Part shown: positions 1 to 11,865 of the stretch, piece by piece
Layout of the letters: the number at the start of each line of letters is the position of its first letter
Numbering within the stretch: the stretch's first letter is position 1
Assembly: GCA_035537435.1 (NCBI GenBank)
Contig: DATLMC010000015.1
Coordinates: forward strand, 36,860 to 100,859
Length of the DNA stretch: 64,000 bases
Direction: 5' to 3'
Origin: Pyrinomonadaceae bacterium
Lineage (GTDB): Bacteria; Acidobacteriota; Blastocatellia; Pyrinomonadales; Pyrinomonadaceae
Made by a program: the position numbers and the translations under genes
Notes under the pieces: generated by a model
What the model saw: the letters and a program-made list of their open reading frames with translations, nothing else
Told to the model about the DNA's origin: nothing
Databases searched by the model: none

Positions 1-54
1 ACCGCCGTCGCCGTCGTGCTCTACGAGGCGCTGCGCCAGACCGGCGCGTTTTAA
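1..54 (+). CDS. 3' end (17 codons) of a SpoU/TrmH-type RNA 2'-O-methyltransferase (TrmL-like), partial
   Basis: Frame 1 reads [17 protein letters not shown] then a stop. The AVA..LYEA.RQ tail resembles the C-terminus of TrmL/SpoU methylases. Only 17 aa are visible. Confidence 0.35.
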   Translation, partial: TAVAVVLYEALRQTGAF

Positions 55-227
55 GCCAAAAGGCCGGGGAAAACGGGCTCGCCGCGATCCGCCGGGCGGG
101 TCGAGTCGGTCGCCGCCGCGCGCGTCTTCCGCCCGCCCGCGCTCAGCCTTTTGCCCCCGCGCGTGTTATCATTTCCGTTTCCGAAACGCGCCCCGAAACG
201 CGCCGTTCTAATCTGTGCAGAGGGAAT

Positions 228-2045
<1,818 letters not shown>

Positions 2046-2050
2046 ACAGG

Positions 2051-2192
2051 TTGTGGGGGCAGGGCTCGTCCCCGCCCGCTCGGGCGCGACGGCGCGAAAA
2101 GGAGAAGCGCGATCATTCAACCCTGAATGATCGCGCTTCGTGTTAAGCGATCACATGGATCGCTCGCGGGCAGGGACGAGCCCTGCCCCTAC
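2051..2192. repeat. REP/REPIN-like inverted-repeat element, copy 1 (long form)
   Basis: Arms TGTGGGGGCAGGGCTCGTCCCCGCCCGC and GCGGGCAGGGACGAGCCCTGCCCCTAC are in inverted orientation. An internal hairpin gcgcgatcattca/tgaatgatcgcgc is present. It lies directly 3' of typA. Confidence 0.85.
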
Positions 2193-2470
2193 GGCCCTCG
2201 CGCTTCCTGAGCGCAATCGTTTATCCTTCGCGCCCTTCGCCTTCGTCATCGTCACCCGGCTGATAAACCTCGTAGCCCGTCGCGTCGTCGTAGTAGTAAT
2301 CGCCCGGCTCGCGCCCGCCCTCGGTGTGCGGCGGCGGGGCGGGTTTTGGTGTATCATCCGGCGCACGCTCTTTCATCAAAGTCCTCCCGCCGCGCGAAAT
2401 CCGTGGTCGTGATTTCCTCGCGTGGGTTGAATGTTAGCCCCATCTGATCCCCGAAGTAAAAAGGTGCAGC

Positions 2471-5125
<2,655 letters not shown>

Positions 5126-5230
5126 CATCCGGAATGGGACTCACCGCTAGGGGACTCGGCGCAGCATTCGATCTATAGGGCTGCGCCCTATCGCTCCCGC
5201 GTCCGGTGAACGCGTTGCCGCCCGACCGAT

Positions 5231-5719
5231 ATGACTACCTACCTCCTGACATGGAACCCTGTTAAATGGGAGTGGGTCGATCTCCGAGACTGCATCGGCG
5301 AGGTCGCGCGCACGGGGTGCTATTCGAGCGACTGGAGCAGCGGGAACAATAAGAGTGTGGTTAAAGGCGACAGGGTCTTCCTCCTGCGCCAGGGGTTAGA
5401 GCCGCGCGGGATCTGCGGCTCGGGCTTCGCCGACTCCGGCGTCTACGAGGACGTTCACTGGAGTGAGCGCAAGGCACAGGCCGGCAAGGTGACGAGGTAC
5501 GTGAGAGTTAAGTGGGATGTCTTGTTGGATGCGGAGAACGAATCCATCTTCCCGCGCGAGTGGCTCAACGAGCCGCCGCTCTCGCGTGTCAACTGGAACA
5601 CGCAGATCTCGGGGATCAGGATTCCGGACGACGTGGCGGAGGAACTCGAAGAGAGGTGGGCCGAGTTCCTGGAGGGGAGGCGCAAAGCGTTCTCTCTTTT
5701 CGCCAACAAACTTAACTGA
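5231..5719 (+). CDS. Hypothetical small protein, possible PUA-like (EVE/SRA-like) fold
   Basis: 162 aa. The pattern YLLTWNPVKWEW...GDRVFLLRQG..PRGICGSG...HW resembles EVE/PUA-like reader domains fused to McrB/HNH-type restriction enzymes. GC looks lower than the flanks. The fold assignment is unverified. Confidence 0.5.
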   Translation: MTTYLLTWNPVKWEWVDLRDCIGEVARTGCYSSDWSSGNNKSVVKGDRVFLLRQGLEPRGICGSGFADSGVYEDVHWSERKAQAGKVTRYVRVKWDVLLDAENESIFPREWLNEPPLSRVNWNTQISGIRIPDDVAEELEERWAEFLEGRRKAFSLFANKLN

Positions 5720-5784
5720 CCAACCGGAGTAGCCTGACAAACAGTCCTGCGAGCCCGCAAGGATTGCGCCGCCGGAGGTGAAGC

Positions 5785-8778
5785 ATGGCTGACGATTTCA
5801 GATATGACGTTTTCCTGAGCCACAGCTCTAAAGACAAGGCGGTCGTGCGCCCCCTCGCTGAACGTCTGCGCGCCGACGGCGTCCGGGTGTGGTTCGACGA
5901 GTGGGAGCTGAAGCCCGGCGACAACATTCCCGCGAAGATCGAGGAGGGGCTGGAGCACTCCCGCGTGCTCGTCCTCTGCTTGTCGTCGCACGCCTTCGGT
6001 TCTGACTGGGCGCAGCTAGAGTCCGGCACCTTCCGCTTCCGCGACCCGCTCAACAAGGAGCGCCGCTTCATCCCCCTCCGCCTCGACGACGCCCCCATCA
6101 AAGGCTCGCTGGCGCAATTCAGTTACATAAACTGGCGGGCGAAAGGCCGTAAGCAGGCATACGCGAAACTTCTCGAAGCTTGCCGCCCGCCAGCAAAGCA
6201 GTCCCCAGAGGTAGAAGCGGAGGCCATAGACATTCAGGTTGCAGAAAAGGCCATCCAACTCGATTACAAGAACGTGTTTATCAATACCTACGCGTTTAGT
6301 TCAGATGGAAAGCGCGCGCTCACTAGTTCTAGCGACAGTACCGTGCGGCTGTGGGACGTGGAGATGGGGAAATGTTTATGCGTCCTCGAAGGCCATACTA
6401 ACGAAATTCAGGGTCTGGACTGGAGCGCCGATCAGAGACGAGCGCTCTCCGGCTCCCATGACAAGACCGTGCGGCTGTGGGACGTGGAGACGGGTAAGTG
6501 TTTGCGCGTCCTCGAAGGCCATAAAGACGGCGTCATGCGTGTGCAGTGGAGCGCCGATCAGAGACGAGCGCTCTCATGCTCTTGGGATAAGACCGTGCGG
6601 CTGTGGGACGTGGAGACGGGGAAATGTTTGCGCGTCCTCGAAGGCCACACGACTAATGTTAGGAGCGTGGCGTGGAGCATTGATCAGCGTCGTGCCTTCT
6701 CCGGCGACAGCAGTGGTGGCATTCGGGTGTGGGAGTTATCGGAGTTTGTCACCGAGGCGCGAGCACCAGAAAGTACCGCTCCTGTATTGCCATCCATGCC
6801 AGAGCAGGTTCAATACACGAACGCTAAAGTTCTTCTTGTTGGCGAGAGTGGTGCGGGGAAGACAGGGCTGTCGAAGGTGCTGGCGGGTGAGGAGTGGCAG
6901 CCGAGCGATTCGACGGTCGGCGCGTGGGCGACGCAGTGGAAGCTGCCGGTGGATTCCAAAGACGGCATGGAGCGGGAAATCTGGCTGTGGGATTTTGGGG
7001 GGCAGGCGGATCAGCGTCTGATCCACCAGCTCTACATGGACGAGACTGCGCTGGCGGTGCTGGTCTTCGACGGGCAGAAGGAAGACACCTTCGAGACGCT
7101 GGGGCAGTGGGATCGAGATCTCACGCGCGCCTCGCGCAAGCCGTTCTCCAAGCTGCTGGTCGCCGGTCGCGTGGACGCCGGGGGCTTGCGCGTCAGCCGC
7201 AGTCAGGTCGAAGCCTTCGCGCGCGAGCGCGGCTACACGCAGTTTCTCGAAACCAGCGCGAAGCAGAACATCTGCTGCGAAGACCTCCGGCAAGCCATCC
7301 TCGGCGGCATCCGCTGGGAGGACATTCCGTGGCGCTCCTCGCCGCTGCTCTTCAAGCGGCTCAAGGAGGAGATCGTCAGCCTCAAGGACGAGGGGCGCGT
7401 GCTGATGCGCTTCAACGAGCTGCGCGAGACGCTGCAACTGCGTCTCGCAGGCGAGGGCGCGCGCTTCACCAATGAAGAACTGAAAGCCGTGGTGAGTCTG
7501 CTGGCAGGCCCCGGCGTGGTGTGGGAGCTGAAGTTCGGCAGTTGGGTACTGCTCCAGCCCGAGCGTATTAACGCCTACGCGCAAGCAGTGATCCAGACGA
7601 TGCGCGAGGACGAGCACGAGCGCGGATGCCTGCCGGAGGAACGCGTCTTGAAGGGCGACCTCAAGTACCACTCCTCCGCCGAGCGTCTAGGGGCTGATGA
7701 GGAGCGGTTTGTACTGCTCGCCATGCACCAGACGCTCGTCGAGCGCGGACTCTGCCTGCGCGAACATACTGACACGGGGCCGCTGCTCATCTTCCCCAGC
7801 TACTACCGGCGTGAGCGGCCGGAGCTGGTGGGCCACCCGGCGGTGCTCGTGAGCTACCGCTTCAACGGCTTCCTCGACGACATCTACGCCACGCTGGTCG
7901 TCCGCCTGCACCACACGCGCCCCTTCGAGCAGGATCAGCTCTGGCGCTACGCCGCAGACTTCAAGACGCTCACCGGCAAACAACTCGGCGTGAAGATGAC
8001 CCGCCGCGCGGAAGGCGCGGGCGAGCTGGAAGTCTATTTCGATCCGGCCATCGAGGTCGGGGAGAAGATCATCTTCAGCAAGTACGTCCACGAGCACCTG
8101 TTGCAGAGCGCAAGTGATGTGGTGCGGCTGCGCTATTACGTCTGCCCGCACTGCGGGACGCCGGTGGAAAACCGGGAAGTGGCGATGCGGAAACTTGAGG
8201 AGGGCAAGAAAGACATCCTCTGCGTCAACTGCGAGAAGCGCGTCCCGCTCTGGGATCAACTTGAGGAGATGTTCGCCAGCCCGGAGATGAAGGAGCACGT
8301 GCGCCAACTTCGGGAGCAGTCAGCCGTCGTGCTCGACAACGAGAGCAAGGATCGCGCTCTAGTCGGCGACGTGATCTCGACGGTGGCGCTCGCCGGGCAG
8401 ATCAGCCGGGAGTTCAACGTGAGCGACCACGGCATCGACATGGAGATCGAGTTCAAGTCAGACGACGGCGAGGCGACGGGTCGGAAGTTGTACCTGCAAC
8501 TGAAGTCTGGCGACTCCTACCTCCGCAAGCGTAGACGCGACGGCGCGGAAGTCTTCACCATCAAGGACGAGCGCCACGCGCGCTACTGGATGGAGCAGGC
8601 GTTCCCCGTGCTGCTGGTCGTCCGCAACTCCGAGGGCGAGGTGCGCTGGATGGAAGTGCGCGACTACCTGAAGCGCGCGAGTGACGGCGGCAAGAAAGCC
8701 GTGAAGCAGATCGTCTTCGCGGGGGAGCGCCTGGACGTGATGAGCGTGCGCCGCTGGCGGGATAAGTTGCTGCGCTAA
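5785..8778 (+). CDS. Multidomain TIR - WD40(x4) - Roc (Ras-like GTPase) - COR - zinc ribbon - DUF4365/Mrr-like nuclease-fold protein
   Basis: 997 aa, with RBS GGAGGTG before ATG 5785. TIR: YDVFLSHSSKDK and SDWAQLE (aa 6-120). WD40: VRLWDVETGKCLRVLEGH repeats (aa 165-318). Roc: G1 GESGAGKT, G3 DFGGQ, G4-like GRVD, G5 ETSAK (aa 347-507). COR-like: IPWRSSPLLFKRLKEEI...YRFNGFLDDIYATLVVRLHH. Zinc ribbon: CPHC..x21..CVNC. C-terminus: DHGIDMEIEF..LYLQLKSG, typical of DUF4365. Confidence 0.85.
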   Translation: MADDFRYDVFLSHSSKDKAVVRPLAERLRADGVRVWFDEWELKPGDNIPAKIEEGLEHSRVLVLCLSSHAFGSDWAQLESGTFRFRDPLNKERRFIPLRLDDAPIKGSLAQFSYINWRAKGRKQAYAKLLEACRPPAKQSPEVEAEAIDIQVAEKAIQLDYKNVFINTYAFSSDGKRALTSSSDSTVRLWDVEMGKCLCVLEGHTNEIQGLDWSADQRRALSGSHDKTVRLWDVETGKCLRVLEGHKDGVMRVQWSADQRRALSCSWDKTVRLWDVETGKCLRVLEGHTTNVRSVAWSIDQRRAFSGDSSGGIRVWELSEFVTEARAPESTAPVLPSMPEQVQYTNAKVLLVGESGAGKTGLSKVLAGEEWQPSDSTVGAWATQWKLPVDSKDGMEREIWLWDFGGQADQRLIHQLYMDETALAVLVFDGQKEDTFETLGQWDRDLTRASRKPFSKLLVAGRVDAGGLRVSRSQVEAFARERGYTQFLETSAKQNICCEDLRQAILGGIRWEDIPWRSSPLLFKRLKEEIVSLKDEGRVLMRFNELRETLQLRLAGEGARFTNEELKAVVSLLAGPGVVWELKFGSWVLLQPERINAYAQAVIQTMREDEHERGCLPEERVLKGDLKYHSSAERLGADEERFVLLAMHQTLVERGLCLREHTDTGPLLIFPSYYRRERPELVGHPAVLVSYRFNGFLDDIYATLVVRLHHTRPFEQDQLWRYAADFKTLTGKQLGVKMTRRAEGAGELEVYFDPAIEVGEKIIFSKYVHEHLLQSASDVVRLRYYVCPHCGTPVENREVAMRKLEEGKKDILCVNCEKRVPLWDQLEEMFASPEMKEHVRQLREQSAVVLDNESKDRALVGDVISTVALAGQISREFNVSDHGIDMEIEFKSDDGEATGRKLYLQLKSGDSYLRKRRRDGAEVFTIKDERHARYWMEQAFPVLLVVRNSEGEVRWMEVRDYLKRASDGGKKAVKQIVFAGERLDVMSVRRWRDKLLR
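6340..6717 (+). repeat. Three tandem near-identical 126-bp units (WD40 blades) inside the TIR-ROCO gene
   Basis: accgtgcggctgtgggacgtggaga(t/c)ggg.aa.tgttt.tgcgtcctcgaaggcca recurs at 6340, 6466 and 6592. tggagcgccgatcagagacgagcgctctc recurs at 6421 and 6547. Confidence 0.85.
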
Positions 8779-8937
8779 AGTTTATCGTCGAATCCGGTGT
8801 CGGGCGCGACGGTCATAGCTAGCGGGCGAGGGGGGGGCGGGAGGTGAGCCGGGGCGGTAGCGGCGGCGCGTTTATCGCCTCCCCGGGTTGATCCCGTTTC
8901 CCCGCATCTTTCGCGTTATATGCCAGAGGTGGATTTT

Positions 8938-9657
8938 ATGGCAATCAACGCGAAGCTGTTACATCGCCCGTCGGATCGGGGCCTGTTCCGGGCCGCGGCG
9001 ATCCTCTTCCCGCTCGTCGTCCTGGCCGGCTACTTCAAGTCCTACTATTTCAGCGCGTTCTTCGACGTGAGGCCGGTCGCCAACGCACTCGTCCACGCGC
9101 ACGGCCTGGTGATGACGCTGTGGGTCGTTTACTTCACGGCGCAGATCTCGCTGATCCGCACGAAGAACGTCAGGCTGCACATGACCATGGGGATGGCGGG
9201 CGTCGCACTGGCCGCAGTCGTCGTCGTCGTCGGGCTCGCGACCGCTTACGACGCGCAGCTCGTGCGGGGGGCGGCTCCCGCCGGGATACCCCCCCACTCG
9301 TTCTTCCTGATCCCGGTGTTGGACATGATCCTGTTCGTCGTCTTCTTCGCCGGGGCCATCTATTACCGCAAGCGCCCGGCGGAGCATAAGACCCTGATGT
9401 TGATGACGGCGATCAACTTCATGCCGGCCGCGCTCTCGCGGACGCCCATGGTGCCGGCGCAGTTCATGCTCCACTGGGCGTTCGGCGTCCCTGCTCTCGT
9501 CGCGCTCGTCTGCCTCGGCTGGCACACGGCGAAGCACTGCCGGCTCAACAAAGTCTTCGCCGCCGCCGTGCTGCTTCTAATAGCGGCGCACCCGCTGCGA
9601 CTCGCCCTCGCCGGCTCGAAAATCTGGCTCCAGTTTGCCGCCTGGCTCGCCCCGTAG
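8938..9657 (+). CDS. Polytopic inner-membrane protein of unknown function
   Basis: About 6 hydrophobic helices. ATG 8938 follows GAGGTGG; the track ORF begins at 8920. No recognisable catalytic motif. Confidence 0.6.
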   Translation: MAINAKLLHRPSDRGLFRAAAILFPLVVLAGYFKSYYFSAFFDVRPVANALVHAHGLVMTLWVVYFTAQISLIRTKNVRLHMTMGMAGVALAAVVVVVGLATAYDAQLVRGAAPAGIPPHSFFLIPVLDMILFVVFFAGAIYYRKRPAEHKTLMLMTAINFMPAALSRTPMVPAQFMLHWAFGVPALVALVCLGWHTAKHCRLNKVFAAAVLLLIAAHPLRLALAGSKIWLQFAAWLAP

Positions 9658-9755
9658 CGGCCGCCGCCCCCGCGCCCACTAACTGACGCGGCACGACCGG
9701 CCCCGGAGACTTCGGGCGCGGTCTCCGTAGCCAGGAAAAAGATAGCGACTAAAGA

Positions 9756-9793
9756 GCGCCGCGCCGGCTCTGTGTACAGAGCCGGCGCGGCGC
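9756..9793. other. Near-perfect 17-bp-arm palindrome (hairpin or operator candidate)
   Basis: gcgccgcgccggctctg tgta cagagccggcgcggcgc. It lies about 100 nt after the membrane-protein stop and has no U-tract. Confidence 0.4.
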
Positions 9794-10127
9794 GTGCGTC
9801 CGGCGCGTCGCCTGATCGTTCGCAACCGTCGCGCGTGCGGACGAACCTGTAAAGAAAAATTCTCTTGCCCGCGCGCGCCCGCACGGTCTAGAGTTGCCGC
9901 GCCGGTTCCACATCAACAAGCAGCCTTGCACACCGCGCGAACCGGCGTCGTCAACACAAACTTTACCCACCCGTCCCAACTCGCCGCGCGCCCGCGCGGC
10001 ACATAACACCTCACCGTGAGATCGCGGGTCGTGATCTGCGTTCTCGGCACATTCTCTCTGTGCGCGCGCGGGTCGTGCCCTGCGCGTCCCTGTTAGCCGT
10101 CCGCTTGTTGCGCCGAGGAGACTTCAC

Positions 10128-11432
10128 ATGAGAACTTTTCGCAAACGCCTCGCCCTCTTCCTCTCACTCACGCTGCTCGCCCTGCTCACCTACACCTCGC
10201 CGCTCAGCCCGCGCGCGCAGGCGCAGACCTTCAACGAGACTTTCGAGAGCGGCACGAAGACCGCCTACGCCGCGGCGGACGTGCAACTCGCCACGGGCTT
10301 CTGGAACTTCAACGACGCTTTGATCGGCAACCTCTCGACGGATCGCAAAACGGGCGCGGCTTCCGCGCGCATCCGCAACGCGGGCTCCCTGTCGATGGAC
10401 TTCAACGTGCCGAGCGCGGGCACGGTCACAGTCCAGCACGCCGTCTTCGGCACGGACGGCGCGTCGTCCTGGGAGCTGTGGGCTTCGACGAACGGCGGCT
10501 CGTCTTACGTCAAGGTCGGCAACACCATCAGCACGACCTCGACCGCGCTCGCGACCGCGACCTTCACGGTCAACTCGTCGAGCCCGGTGCGCTTCTCCGT
10601 CCGCAAAGTGTCGGGCGGGGCGAACCGCATCAACGTCGACAACTTCACGATCTCGTCCGGCTCCGCGCCGCCCGCCGCCAGCGAGCACCTGACGATGGGC
10701 AACCCGACGGGCGCCGCGGTGAACACCGCTCAGCCGGACAACTACCTGCTCGACAAGCCGCAGTACGCCGCCGGCTACAGCCGCGACCTCGGCCGCCCGA
10801 ACTGGGTGAGCTGGCGCCTGTCGAGCGTGTGGCTCGGGAGCACGCCGCGCCAGGACGACTTCCGCAACGACACGACGCTCCCGGCGGGCTGGTATCAGGT
10901 GCAGGCGACCGATTACACTGGCTCCGGCTTCGACCGCGGTCACCACTGCCCGTCCGCCGACCGCACGCTGAACGTGCCGGACAACTCCGCGACCTTCCTG
11001 ATGACGAACATGATGCCGCAAGCGCCGGACAACAATCAGGGTCCGTGGGCGGCGCTCGAAACCTACTGCCGCACGCTCGTCAGCCAGGGCAACGAAGTCT
11101 ACATCGTCATGGGCGGCGCGGGCTCCGGCGGCACGGGGTCGAACGGCGGTGTGACGACGACCGTCGCCGCGGGTCACGTCGCCGTGCCGGCGAAGACGTG
11201 GAAGGTCATCCTCGTGCTGCCGGACGCGGGCGGAAACGACGTGGTGCGCGTGACGACCTCTACGCGCACCATCGCCGTCATCATGCCGAACGCGCAGGGC
11301 ATCAGGACGAACACCTGGCAGAGCTTCCGCGTGAGCGTCGATCAGGTCGAACAGTTGACGGGCTACGACTTCTTCTCGAACGTGCCCGTCGCCACGCAGA
11401 GCGTCATCGAGGCGCGGGTTGACAACCAGTGA
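10128..11432 (+). CDS. Secreted DNA/RNA non-specific endonuclease (Serratia NucA / Endonuclease_NS family) with an N-terminal beta-sandwich-like domain
   Basis: 434 aa with a signal peptide and RBS GAGGAG. Active-site GFDRGHHCPSADR (DRGH motif) and TNMMPQ. Confidence 0.85.
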   Translation: MRTFRKRLALFLSLTLLALLTYTSPLSPRAQAQTFNETFESGTKTAYAAADVQLATGFWNFNDALIGNLSTDRKTGAASARIRNAGSLSMDFNVPSAGTVTVQHAVFGTDGASSWELWASTNGGSSYVKVGNTISTTSTALATATFTVNSSSPVRFSVRKVSGGANRINVDNFTISSGSAPPAASEHLTMGNPTGAAVNTAQPDNYLLDKPQYAAGYSRDLGRPNWVSWRLSSVWLGSTPRQDDFRNDTTLPAGWYQVQATDYTGSGFDRGHHCPSADRTLNVPDNSATFLMTNMMPQAPDNNQGPWAALETYCRTLVSQGNEVYIVMGGAGSGGTGSNGGVTTTVAAGHVAVPAKTWKVILVLPDAGGNDVVRVTTSTRTIAVIMPNAQGIRTNTWQSFRVSVDQVEQLTGYDFFSNVPVATQSVIEARVDNQ

Positions 11433-11452
11433 CGCGCGCGACGTAAAACGGA

Positions 11453-11488
11453 GGCCGCCCGCCGCGTCGCGAGCCGCGGCGGGCGGCC
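11453..11488 (+). terminator. GC-rich hairpin 3' of the nuclease gene
   Basis: ggccgcccgccgcg / cgcggcgggcggcc forms a 14-bp stem 20 nt after the stop. There is no clear U-run. Confidence 0.4.
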
Positions 11489-11640
11489 GCTCAACGGATC
11501 GCACGGGAAGAAGATGAACGAAAAGGCGTACCGCGTGGGCACGATCAACCTGGCGATCTACGTCGTGGGTCGCAGCCCCGGCGGCGACTGGCTCGGCGTC
11601 TCGACGCGCGTCGTCGAGACATAGAGACCTTCGCAAGACC

Positions 11641-11777
11641 GTAGGGGCAGGGCTCGTCCCTGCCCGCTCGGGCGCGAAGGCGCGAAAGTATGAATCGTGA
11701 TCATTAAACGATGAGTGATCACGGATCGGTTGAGCGACCTGTCGGTCGCTGCGGGCGGGGACGAGCCCTGCCCCTAC
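11641..11777. repeat. REP/REPIN-like element, copy 2 (long form)
   Basis: GTAGGGGCAGGGCTCGTCCCTGCCCGC ... GCGGGCGGGGACGAGCCCTGCCCCTAC, with a central gatcatt-containing spacer as in copies 1 and 6. Confidence 0.9.
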
Positions 11778-11865
11778 AATTCTGTTCGGGGCTCTTAAGT
11801 TCTTGTAAGTCTCCGAAAGTTCGCGGGCGGCTGCGCGTGCGCCCGGCATAGGTGGCCAAGTGCTC

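Noticed and set aside
8830-8837. A G8 homopolymer between the TIR-ROCO gene and the membrane-protein gene, considered as a possible phase-variation tract.
   Set aside because: It is intergenic, about 100 nt from the next start, and not positioned between recognisable -35/-10 elements. A single short G-run in GC-rich DNA is not evidence on its own.
11514-11624. A 36-aa ORF (MNEKAYRVGTINLAIYVVGRSPGGDWLGVSTRVVET) between the nuclease gene and REP copy 2. I considered it as a possible nuclease-immunity peptide.
   Set aside because: It is too short. The SD-like GGGAAG sits only 3 nt from the ATG. The 3' part is a 9-bp hairpin (gtctcgacg/cgtcgagac), so the frame may be fortuitous. It bears no resemblance to known nuclease inhibitors.
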